Program-made: the position numbers and the translations under genes
From: Bacteroidota bacterium
GTDB taxonomy: Bacteria > Bacteroidota > Bacteroidia > Flavobacteriales > Flavobacteriaceae
DNA length: 43,268 nucleotides
Direction: 5' to 3'
NCBI GenBank assembly: GCA_023437485.1
Contig: JAEZGB010000065.1
Span: forward strand, 1 to 43,268
Shown: one piece after another, positions 9,190 to 17,524 of the stretch
Layout of the letters: every line of letters begins with the position of its first letter
Position numbering within the stretch: position 1 is the first letter of the stretch
The notes under the pieces: model-generated
Seen by the model: only the letters and a program-made list of their open reading frames with translations
Database searches by the model: none
Told to the model about the DNA's origin: nothing

Positions 9190-10591
9190 TCCGGCCCGTT
9201 TATTTTTGTCAGTAGCGCTGATGGTACTTCTGATGGGGATGATATTTGGGATCCTGGGCGGGATCCAATACCTGGTGCCAAATTTTATCAAAGAGGCACT
9301 TCCGTTCAACATCGTGCGTCCGCTGCACGTAACCAGTGTCATTTCCTGGATTATCCTTGCGGCCACGGGCGGGATCTACTATTACTTGTCTGAAAGCATT
9401 ACCCCGAACCGGACATGGTTTTCGTGGTTTCATTTCGCGATTTTCATCCTTGCGGGGATTCTGATTCTTTACAGCTATGCCACCTCCAATTTTGGCGGGA
9501 AGGAATATTTGGAATTTCCGCCCGCGCTGATCCTGCCGGTGCTGGCGGGCTGGGCGATTTTTGGCATCTACTACTTCGGGATGGCGGTGAAGATTAAAAA
9601 TTGGCCGGTTTACAATTATATGTGGGCGACTGGAATCGCACTCATGATTTATCATCTGGTTGAAGCCTATTTGTGGATGCATCCCAGCGTGGGCGGAAAT
9701 TTTATAAAATCACTTACGGTCCAATGGAAGGCCGGCGGATCATTTGTTGGCGCCTGGAACATGCTGGTATACGGAACTGCCATCTACCTGATGACCAAAA
9801 TTGGGCCTAACGATACCGGACGGACCAAAACCGCGTTCTTTTTTTACTTTCTTGGCCTGACCAACCTGATGTTTGGCTGGGCCCACCATATTTACATCGT
9901 GCCGTCGGTGCCTTATATCCGTGCTTTTTCATATGGAATCAGCATGACCGAATGGATCATCCTCTTCCACATGATCTACCAATGGCGCAACAGCCTGCCC
10001 GCGGGCCAGAAACCGGCCGAAATGTCTTCAACGATCCTGGCAACGACTGATTTGTGGATTTTTTTGAACCTCATCCTCGCGCTTTTGTTTTCCATTCCCG
10101 CAATCAATTACTTCACCCACGGAACGCACATTACCGTGGCACATTCAATGGGCACCACCATCGGGATAAACACCACCATCCTGCTTGCCTCGCTGGTATA
10201 CATTGCCCGCAAACTCAATCCGAATCTGCAATTAAATCAAATTCGTCTGGGATTCAGGATATTTAACCTTTCGCTCGTGTTTTTTTGGCTTTGCCTCCTT
10301 GGCGCCGGTGCCAAAAAAAGCTTTTGGATGTACGCGCAGCAAGGCGTGGCCTTTCAGGTGATGCAACACGGGCAGTATTATTTTTATCTCGGCTTCCTGC
10401 TTTTTGGGATCGGGATATTTGCAGGCTTGCTGATGATGGCCCTACCACTGCTCAAGGGGTTCCTGGGATTTACCGCAACAACGGCCGAACCCTTGGACGC
10501 CGCATCACCTGTTTACCTCAGGACCACCAGGTTCACATACAGATTGCGTCCTTTCCTGGGAAGGTTGTTCCAATCAGAAAAGGTGGAATAA
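9179..10591 (+). CDS. NorB-like haem-copper oxidoreductase subunit I with atypical active site
   Basis: Multi-TM; RPLH (H50), GKEYLE, GWAHHIY, SMTE, NYFTHGTHITVAHSM match the cNOR layout, but the HLWVEGxWE helix is replaced by GGSFVGAWN. Confidence 0.8.
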   Translation: MKINPARLFLSVALMVLLMGMIFGILGGIQYLVPNFIKEALPFNIVRPLHVTSVISWIILAATGGIYYYLSESITPNRTWFSWFHFAIFILAGILILYSYATSNFGGKEYLEFPPALILPVLAGWAIFGIYYFGMAVKIKNWPVYNYMWATGIALMIYHLVEAYLWMHPSVGGNFIKSLTVQWKAGGSFVGAWNMLVYGTAIYLMTKIGPNDTGRTKTAFFFYFLGLTNLMFGWAHHIYIVPSVPYIRAFSYGISMTEWIILFHMIYQWRNSLPAGQKPAEMSSTILATTDLWIFLNLILALLFSIPAINYFTHGTHITVAHSMGTTIGINTTILLASLVYIARKLNPNLQLNQIRLGFRIFNLSLVFFWLCLLGAGAKKSFWMYAQQGVAFQVMQHGQYYFYLGFLLFGIGIFAGLLMMALPLLKGFLGFTATTAEPLDAASPVYLRTTRFTYRLRPFLGRLFQSEKVE

Positions 10592-12480
10592 TAGGCGTCG
10601 AGCACATTCTCGATCCCGGCCTTAAAGTTGATTCGGGCCGCTCCCAACGCAAACCGGTAGCCTGCCGTAACATCCAAAATGGCAAAAGCCGGCGTGGAAT
10701 CTTCAGCAAAACTTTGCGCGGGCCGGTCCTGCACTGCATTTCCCCACACCTGCAGGCCGCATTCCAAACCCCGGCGCTCATAACTTAACGATGTTTGATA
10801 GGCCAACGGCGAAATAAAGGGCAATCTATTGCCGGATTCATCACCGTATGCCCAATTGACCTGATGCCTTGATTTGAAACCCGCCGGCCATATAATGTTG
10901 GCATTCAGGCCGATGTTGGCAATGGTGGCGCGCGGCACGGCCTGATAAACCCTCACACCGCTCGCGCCCAGGGTCATCGGCATCAGTGAAGGGTCAGTCT
11001 TGCCGATGATATAATCAGAAATGCTGAACACTGCTGCCGTCACCGCAAAGGCCGCCCTGTCAAACTTGTATCCCGCCGATGCGTTGGCTTCCAGTGATTT
11101 TTCATTCGGAAGGCCGGGATTTCCAACATAATCATGGTTGTCAAAACTGTTAAATAGATAAAACCCGAACCCTTCGGAAACTGACGGAGCGCGTTCGCCA
11201 TATCCCATCCCGAAGGAATAGTGCAGTTTTTCGCCATGGCTGTAATTTGCGGCGATGTTTTTGAGAAACCGTGATGCGGCGGGCTCCATTTGAGGGTAAA
11301 AAATCCGCAGGCTTGCCAGTCCGTCATTGCTGGCGACGCGGTTGTAATGCAATCCCGCCCCGGCCATGAGCTTTAGCACCGAATGGCAGTGGAATTCAAT
11401 CGCGTCCTCAATAAAAACTCCGTTATAAAAGGTGCGCACATCGGGCCAGGTGTACATGAACATCGGGTTTTGCGATGGGTCATTGGGGTACATGGTCATT
11501 TCGGCAAGCGACATGTTGTAAAAAGAATTGAGGTTAGCCCGGATTTTGTGGTTTCGGAACTTGGCATCGGCCGAAGCGTAACCGCCAAGGGTCCTGGTCC
11601 TTCCGGGCATGTCCATGTGAATGGCGACGTTTTCCCGGCCCGTATCATCCATGATGTGCGTCACGGCGTTAAAATAGATTTTGGCTTCAATTTTTTGCAG
11701 CAGCGAATCCATCGGCTTTGATTCAAACCGCAGCGAAGCGATGGCGGCCTCGGCAAGTGAAACATCCATGGGAAGCGCCGGATACCCCACATCGCTGGCG
11801 CGGTCCAAAATCAACGAGGCTTCCATCATTGACTTTTGCCCCATCTTCCAACCTGAGGTGGCCGAAGCATTTATTTTGGAATAACCGGAATGCAGGATTT
11901 CACGTCCATTTCCAGCCTTGTAATTACCGGCATGGCGAAGCATCAAATCTGTATCGATAAAAAACGAAGCTTCAGAATAATTCACCGCTGCCCCGGCGAC
12001 GGCCTGGCTGGAATTGCTCTCAAACCCCGCGCTGGCAATAGTTTTCCATCCCAGGTCCATGAAGCCGGTGCGGTTTCGCCTGAGGTCCATACCGCCGCCA
12101 ATGGTTGGCCCGAATGCTGATCCTGCCTGGCCTGAAACGATGTTGGCTTCAGCGAGATTGGAAACCTCAACATAGGAAGTGATCGGATCCATTTTGTCAG
12201 TGCACGCGCCAAAAACATGCATGCCCTCAATGGTTATCCGGGTTCGCTCGGTGGCCATGTTGTTGATCATCGGCTCCCAGGCATAACTCCCCCTGCGGAC
12301 CAGTTTGAAATTATGCGAATCCAGATATTGATCAAGCGTGGCCAGCGGTTTTGCCTGCTTGAGGTTAAGGTCCTTTTTAGGGCTGATCACGATGACCTCG
12401 GCAAGCGGACTGATGGTGTCAAGCTGCGCGAAGCCTGTGGAGACGCACATCAGCGCGGCCCACTTGAACAGGTTTTTCAT
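10513..12480 (-). CDS. TonB-dependent receptor, probable copper transporter (OprC/NosA-like)
   Basis: Signal peptide; plug motif GACTDKMDP (CxxxM); YPALPMD, HMDMP; C-terminal ENVLDAYY...GRN beta-barrel end. Confidence 0.8.
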   Translation of the reverse strand: MKNLFKWAALMCVSTGFAQLDTISPLAEVIVISPKKDLNLKQAKPLATLDQYLDSHNFKLVRRGSYAWEPMINNMATERTRITIEGMHVFGACTDKMDPITSYVEVSNLAEANIVSGQAGSAFGPTIGGGMDLRRNRTGFMDLGWKTIASAGFESNSSQAVAGAAVNYSEASFFIDTDLMLRHAGNYKAGNGREILHSGYSKINASATSGWKMGQKSMMEASLILDRASDVGYPALPMDVSLAEAAIASLRFESKPMDSLLQKIEAKIYFNAVTHIMDDTGRENVAIHMDMPGRTRTLGGYASADAKFRNHKIRANLNSFYNMSLAEMTMYPNDPSQNPMFMYTWPDVRTFYNGVFIEDAIEFHCHSVLKLMAGAGLHYNRVASNDGLASLRIFYPQMEPAASRFLKNIAANYSHGEKLHYSFGMGYGERAPSVSEGFGFYLFNSFDNHDYVGNPGLPNEKSLEANASAGYKFDRAAFAVTAAVFSISDYIIGKTDPSLMPMTLGASGVRVYQAVPRATIANIGLNANIIWPAGFKSRHQVNWAYGDESGNRLPFISPLAYQTSLSYERRGLECGLQVWGNAVQDRPAQSFAEDSTPAFAILDVTAGYRFALGAARINFKAGIENVLDAYYSTFSDWNNLPRKGRNLYVNLVVLR

Positions 12481-12501
12481 TTTGATGGTAATGTGGAATT
12501 T

Positions 12502-13332
12502 TTAGAATTCCAGTTCAAAGAATATCGAACTTTGCGGGTTGTCCTCGGTAACGGGTTCGCCTTTAATCACATCGCCCGAAGGCCCTTCCAGGATCAGGTT
12601 GATTCGCCAAAGCCCGGTCATGGTAAGCGAGAGTTTTCCGCGATAGAAATTGCCTATCATTATCAGGTCTGTATTGTTGGGCGAACCGTGATTCCCCATT
12701 CCGGGCATGCGCGGGTCAATCTTTAGCGTATATCCTGAAACCGGGACAAATTGCATCATTGACTCCATTCTGTAAACCACCGCGGTCATGTCATTGAGCG
12801 CGACCTGGGGCGCTTTGGGGCCGGCCAGCGCAACGACGTATTTTTTGCCGTCTGATCCCATAAATGAATTGACCGTGCGGAGTGCGCCGGGAGCCACACT
12901 AATGTTGTCCTGGACCGAAAAATCTGCACCGTTAACCGTGTAATCAATTTTTAACGTCCAGTAGTCAGTATCGTTTTGTGCCATCTGAAAAGCAATGTAT
13001 CCTACATAGACCGACGGATCTGAAGGATGTACCTCAATTTCCGAGAAAGGGCATGAGTGTGACATTGAGGCCATGTGCATAACCGGCATCCATGAAACAT
13101 CGGCACCTTCCAAATAATTTCCGGTTGCCTTGTCCTTGAATTTAAGCGAGATAGTATTGAACCCGTTTACAAGGGGATTTTCTGAGTACAGTTCCACCAC
13201 GTGTTGGCCATTTTCCATTTGGCTCACCAACAGCTGGCCGTGAATCGGGTTGGGAGTTTGAGAAGGGGTGTCAGTGCTGCACGCGGCAAGCAGGGCGGCC
13301 ACAATAAGGGCTGCCAGTTTTATCAGTTTCAT
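12502..13332 (-). CDS. Lipoprotein with two Met/His-rich YtkA/FixH-like domains (probable copper chaperone)
   Basis: Lipobox LLAAC after MKLIKL start (13332); MPVMHMASMSHSCP and PRMPGMGNHGSP; LTMTGLWRI. Confidence 0.65.
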   Translation of the reverse strand: MKLIKLAALIVAALLAACSTDTPSQTPNPIHGQLLVSQMENGQHVVELYSENPLVNGFNTISLKFKDKATGNYLEGADVSWMPVMHMASMSHSCPFSEIEVHPSDPSVYVGYIAFQMAQNDTDYWTLKIDYTVNGADFSVQDNISVAPGALRTVNSFMGSDGKKYVVALAGPKAPQVALNDMTAVVYRMESMMQFVPVSGYTLKIDPRMPGMGNHGSPNNTDLIMIGNFYRGKLSLTMTGLWRINLILEGPSGDVIKGEPVTEDNPQSSIFFELEF

Positions 13333-13388
13333 TGTTTGAATTTTGAGATTATTAAGATATTCTGCCTTGGAGGCAGTCTGAAATAAAA

Positions 13389-13757
13389 TCAAACAATGGC
13401 GGGCGGATGAAAGTGGTTTTGCGTTGGCAGGGACTGGTATAGGTTGATGTATGGCCCTGTGGCGGGCTTTGTTGCAGAGGTTAAAAATACAGGATTGAAC
13501 GGTGCTTCAGGCAGGATGAAAAGCACTTCGGCATCGGCCATTTTGAGCCTTGGCACCTGGTTGCCCTGATCATGGCCCGAGGCCTTGGCAAGTTCCTTTT
13601 TGAGCTGGCATTTACCGTGGCAGTCCAAATTATCGTTATCTTTATTGATGCACAGTTCCTTTGAAATGTAGTCGTAATTGAGTACGAATGCTACGAGCGG
13701 CAGCGCTGGCCTGCTAAAAAAAAGAATCGCGAATAATAGGGACGCTAACCGGATCAT
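13389..13757 (-). CDS. Small Cys-rich exported/membrane protein ending FHPP, first gene of the copper-uptake operon
   Basis: Hydrophobic N-terminus, LCINKDNDNLDCHGKC, C-terminal NHFHPPAIV. Confidence 0.75.
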   Translation of the reverse strand: MIRLASLLFAILFFSRPALPLVAFVLNYDYISKELCINKDNDNLDCHGKCQLKKELAKASGHDQGNQVPRLKMADAEVLFILPEAPFNPVFLTSATKPATGPYINLYQSLPTQNHFHPPAIV

Positions 13758-13791
13758 GGAACAAAGTTACGGCAAGGGTGCGGTGCAAAAC

Positions 13792-13805
13792 ATGATTCAC
13801 ATCAT
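13792..13805. promoter_or_regulatory. Crp/Fnr-type box shared by divergent promoters (copper operon / regulator)
   Basis: ATGATTCACATCAT; 22 nt to TAACTTTG (-, 13769-13762) and 22 nt to TATTTTTG (+, 13828-13835). Confidence 0.82.
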
Positions 13806-13852
13806 AAAACACTTGTGAAAGTTCGGCTATTTTTGAACCAATAAATTTTGAA

Positions 13853-14440
13853 ATGCAAATAGACCTTGACCTTCTTTATTCCTGGGGCGCCATAGCCAAA
13901 CAATATAAAAAGGGTGAAGTGATTTTTGACGAAAAGGCTCAGGCCCATTTTTACTTCCAGGTGGTTGAAGGCTGCGTTAAGATGTTCAATACCAACGACA
14001 AAGGCAAAGAATTTACTCAGGGCCATTTTTTTGAGGGCCAGAGTTTTGGAGAACCGCCGCTTTTTATTGATGAGAAGTACCCGGCGGCCGCAATGGCCTT
14101 TACCGACTCGCGCATCATCAAACTTTCCAAAGATAAATTTCTGAAGATTCTGGACGAATACCCTTCCATCCAGAAACAGTTTCTCACGCTGATGGCCCGA
14201 AGGATCCATTCAAAAGCGAAGACCTCGAGCGACATCATCAACCAAAATCCCGAGTTCAGGATCATGGCGTTTTTCAAGGCGCACAAAAAAAAGCGCGACG
14301 CGCCCCGTGAACTGATCCCTTTTACCAGGCAGGAAATCGCGAACTTCACCGGGCTTCGGGTTGAAACCGTGATCCGGGCGCTATCAAAGCTCAACTCAGA
14401 AAAAAAGATTGAAATCAAGAACCATAAAGTCTATTATTAA
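13853..14440 (+). CDS. Crp/Fnr family transcriptional regulator
   Basis: cNMP-like barrel (GQSFGE), HTH TRQEIANFTGLRVETVIRAL; no FNR N-terminal Cys cluster. Confidence 0.93.
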   Translation: MQIDLDLLYSWGAIAKQYKKGEVIFDEKAQAHFYFQVVEGCVKMFNTNDKGKEFTQGHFFEGQSFGEPPLFIDEKYPAAAMAFTDSRIIKLSKDKFLKILDEYPSIQKQFLTLMARRIHSKAKTSSDIINQNPEFRIMAFFKAHKKKRDAPRELIPFTRQEIANFTGLRVETVIRALSKLNSEKKIEIKNHKVYY

Positions 14441-15684
14441 TGCAACTCAATCCCCGGTTTTGGCTCAGGCTTTCAATTGTCAATTTGTTTATTGTGGCCC
14501 TGTTGGGAATGCTGATGCGGTATAAAATCGGTTATGAATTCCCTCATTTCAACCAGAAATACATCCAGTTTTCGCATTATCACTTTGCCTTTTACGGTTG
14601 GATCGGCCAGGCGCTTATGGTGCTGATGGTGCAATGCATGGCGCGCATCAACCACTCATTCGCTTACAATAAATACAACGCCGTGCTCAGCGTGAACGCC
14701 ATTGGTTCCTACGGAATGCTTATTAGCTTTTTGGTTTGGGGGTTCGGGGTTTCCAGCGTATTGTTTTTGCTTTTGTCAATTGCAGCCTCATATTGGTTTG
14801 GGATTAAATTTATCCTGGACCTGAGGCGGTTCCCCATCAACCGGATCGCCGCCGATTGGTTCCGTGCGGCATTGTTCTTTAACTTCCTTTCGTCGCTGGG
14901 GGTGTTTTTGCTGGCCTATTGGATGTTGGGACGGCATATCCTCCAAAACGAATACCTGGCAACTTCTTATTACTTTTTGCACTTTCAATATAACGGTTGG
15001 TTCTTTTTTGCATGCATGGGGCTTTTGACCAACATGATCAACGGCAAGGCGGGCGTTCACAAGGCCATCTTCAGGTGGTTTGCCATTTCATGTACCCCGG
15101 CATATTTCCTGTCAGTACTGTGGCTTGAGATTCCTGTTTGGCTATTTGTGGCAGTGGTGATTGCTGCCGTGGCGCAAACCTACGCCTGGATTTTGCAACT
15201 GATGGCCATCGTCAAAACCAAACCCGAGGCCTTGCAGGGAATTCCGTTTATCCTGACGTATGTGTTGCTCTTTGTAGCCGTGGCCGGAACGGTGAAGGTC
15301 ATCCTGCAACTGGGGTCCACTGTCCCTGAAATCAGCAAACTCGCATTTGGTTTCAGGCCGGTGGTCATCGCCTATCTGCACCTGGTGCTGCTGGCCCTGA
15401 TCACGCTGTTTATCCTATTTTACATTTATGCAAACCACTTACTGCCTCGGCGGCGGATGGTAATGGTGTCGCTGTTTGTTTTTTCCATTGGTGTCTTCCT
15501 AAATGAAGCCATCCTGGCCGCGCAGGGAATCGGCGCGTTCAGCTATACGATTATCCCTTACGCAAATGAGATGCTTTACTATGTCGCGGTGCTTATGGTA
15601 GCCGGAATTGGCTGTATGGCATTTTTCTCGATTATCCCGGAAAAAAATGCGAAATATGACATTAATCATAATTTAAGGCGCTAA
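14440..15684 (+). CDS. Multi-pass membrane protein with His motifs (NnrS/haem-copper subunit I-like)
   Basis: Highly hydrophobic; SHYHFAFYGW, YFLHFQYNGWFF, AYLHLVLL; translationally coupled to regulator (TAATG). Confidence 0.75.
   Translation: MQLNPRFWLRLSIVNLFIVALLGMLMRYKIGYEFPHFNQKYIQFSHYHFAFYGWIGQALMVLMVQCMARINHSFAYNKYNAVLSVNAIGSYGMLISFLVWGFGVSSVLFLLLSIAASYWFGIKFILDLRRFPINRIAADWFRAALFFNFLSSLGVFLLAYWMLGRHILQNEYLATSYYFLHFQYNGWFFFACMGLLTNMINGKAGVHKAIFRWFAISCTPAYFLSVLWLEIPVWLFVAVVIAAVAQTYAWILQLMAIVKTKPEALQGIPFILTYVLLFVAVAGTVKVILQLGSTVPEISKLAFGFRPVVIAYLHLVLLALITLFILFYIYANHLLPRRRMVMVSLFVFSIGVFLNEAILAAQGIGAFSYTIIPYANEMLYYVAVLMVAGIGCMAFFSIIPEKNAKYDINHNLRR
15656..15669. promoter_or_regulatory. Crp/Fnr-type box upstream of fasciclin gene (inside 3' end of previous CDS)
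   Basis: ATGACATTAATCAT; 22 nt to AACCTTTG (15692-15699). Confidence 0.75.
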
Positions 15685-15719
15685 TAATCAAAACCTTTGT
15701 ACCATAAATCTATGACCAA

Positions 15720-16268
15720 ATGAAAACTTTAATTAAACCATTTGCCCTGGCAGCGCTTATTGTTGCATTTGGGTGCAAGCAAACTGAAACAAACCAGGAG
15801 GAAATTGTCCTGGAGGAGCAACAAACCGTAGGGCAATCAGGGGTTGTTGACGAAACCTCAAAACCGAACGTGGTGCAAACCGCAGTGGGCAGCAAAGACC
15901 ATTCAACTTTGGTGACCGCCGTCAAGGCTGCCGGTTTGGTCGATGCGCTGAGCAACGCCGGGCCGTTTACCGTATTTGCGCCAACCAATGCAGGCTTTGA
16001 CAAGTTGCCGGCAGGTACTGTTGAAGGTCTTTTGAAACCCGACAAAAAAGAAGACCTGAAGTCAATTTTGGAGTACCACACCTATGTGGGCGTACTCAAA
16101 ACCGAGTACATGCAGGACGGCCAGGAGTTTGAAATGGTAGCCCCGCAAAAAGTGAAAATTACCAAGGAAGGCGACAAAACCTTTGTGAACGGTTCTGAAA
16201 TAGTCGCATCAATCGAAACCTCAAACGGCATCATCCACGTAATAAACGATGTACTCTTACCAAAATAG
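15720..16268 (+). CDS. Fasciclin (FAS1) domain lipoprotein
   Basis: Lipobox AFGC; GPFTVFAPTNAGF and SNGIIHVINDVL FAS1 motifs. Confidence 0.92.
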   Translation: MKTLIKPFALAALIVAFGCKQTETNQEEIVLEEQQTVGQSGVVDETSKPNVVQTAVGSKDHSTLVTAVKAAGLVDALSNAGPFTVFAPTNAGFDKLPAGTVEGLLKPDKKEDLKSILEYHTYVGVLKTEYMQDGQEFEMVAPQKVKITKEGDKTFVNGSEIVASIETSNGIIHVINDVLLPK

Positions 16269-16287
16269 TTAATTATTAATTCAAGTG

Positions 16288-16321
16288 AAAAAGGCTGTCT
16301 GCAAAGGGCAGCCTTTTTTTT
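16288..16321. terminator. Bidirectional intrinsic terminator
   Basis: AAAAAGGCTGTC..GGCAGCCTTTTTTTT hairpin between convergent fasciclin gene and nos operon end. Confidence 0.85.
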
Positions 16322-16379
16322 GGCAGTTGTCAGGGAAGTTGCACCCGACTTTACTCAAACTTGAAACTGACGACAAGGC

Positions 16380-16754
16380 CTACTGATTTAAGGTCTTGAC
16401 CATCATTACCGCGGCTATGTTGCCTGCCCGGTCCTTAATATCGGCAGCGCGCGGCCCTTGGAACAGGCTGTCAACCACTTCAGTAAACAACTTTACCCAA
16501 TGGTCAAAATGACCCTTGTTCATCGTGCTTTTGCGGTGAAGTTCGCGGTGGACCACCATTGGGCTTCCGCTGTAATTGCCGGTGTAAAAAACTATATTTT
16601 CCCAAAAGTCATACATTTTGGGCAGGTGTTCGTCCCAATTTACTTTGGCCACGTCGTTAAATAGATAGCCAATGACCTGGTCGGTCCTGACTTTGTCATA
16701 AAAAGTATTGACCAACAGTTCTATATCACCGCGGTCGCGGATATCGGTTTTCAT
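16380..16754 (-). CDS. Group III truncated haemoglobin
   Basis: LVNTFYDKVR, WDEHLPKMYDFW, PMVVH, HFDHWVKLF motifs. Confidence 0.9.
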   Translation of the reverse strand: MKTDIRDRGDIELLVNTFYDKVRTDQVIGYLFNDVAKVNWDEHLPKMYDFWENIVFYTGNYSGSPMVVHRELHRKSTMNKGHFDHWVKLFTEVVDSLFQGPRAADIKDRAGNIAAVMMVKTLNQ

Positions 16755-16756
16755 GG

Positions 16757-17524
16757 TTAAAGGTCCTTTCGGTTAAATTTTCTCAGGGATAGGGCAAATG
16801 GAATTGCGGCCCACAGGCACAGCAACAGGAAAGAAATGACAAGGCCAATATCGGTACCAAAAAAATCCTTGAAAATGGCCCCGGTATATCCCATCATGGC
16901 CGAAACGTCCAGATGTAGCAGGATCAGGATCCGCGCCAGGTCAATCGGGCTCAGCGCCGTGATGCCCACCATCGCGTTTTCAATCGGATACTCGGCCAGC
17001 TGGAAAAGAAGGAACAGGACAATGCCGTCAAACAGCAGCGCAAAATACAGCCATGACATGATGGCGATGCCGATTCCCTTGGCTTTGTCTCTTGTGAGGA
17101 TGGAACTCAGGAAAGCCAGTGCTACAAAAATGATCGAGATCAACGTACCTGTAGCCAGCATCATCACACCGATGCTGTCAGGCGAATTGAGCGCAAGCGG
17201 TATTCCCGCGCCGACCAAAAACGCCAGCACCATTGAAAGCGATAGGCTGATAAAGAGGCTCACCCAGATTTTGGCCCGTTTAATCGGCTGGCCCAATAAA
17301 AGTTCTATAAATTCGGAACTGTTGTAAATATAGATGGTGGAAAAAAGCACCGACACCAGCGGGACGGTGAACAAAATTACATTGAGGATGGTCAGGATTC
17401 CTTTGGAGGCGTTGTCTTCTAGCGCGAACGAACTCCACGATAAAATTCCCAAAATCAATGTGTAGGCCAGGACGATCCGGTTTTTCAGGATGTCGATCAG
17501 GATTATTTTAATGAGCCGGTTCAT
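16757..17524 (-). CDS. nosY: NosY ABC transporter permease
   Basis: Multi-TM, ELLLGQPIKR, SPIDLAR; position after nosF. Confidence 0.88.
   Translation of the reverse strand: MNRLIKIILIDILKNRIVLAYTLILGILSWSSFALEDNASKGILTILNVILFTVPLVSVLFSTIYIYNSSEFIELLLGQPIKRAKIWVSLFISLSLSMVLAFLVGAGIPLALNSPDSIGVMMLATGTLISIIFVALAFLSSILTRDKAKGIGIAIMSWLYFALLFDGIVLFLLFQLAEYPIENAMVGITALSPIDLARILILLHLDVSAMMGYTGAIFKDFFGTDIGLVISFLLLCLWAAIPFALSLRKFNRKDL

Noticed and set aside
8728..9366. 212-aa minus-strand ORF
   Set aside because: Antisense to norC/norB-like genes with no motifs
9179..10591. Calling this canonical norB or cbb3 ccoN
   Set aside because: Helix VI His/Glu are absent; no ccoO/ccoP or norQ/norD nearby
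13853..14440. Assigning fnr, dnr or nnrR symbol
   Set aside because: No FNR Cys cluster; subfamily cannot be resolved by eye
15712..15723. Mini-ORF ATG-ACC-AAA-TGA overlapping the fasciclin start
   Set aside because: Too short to distinguish from chance
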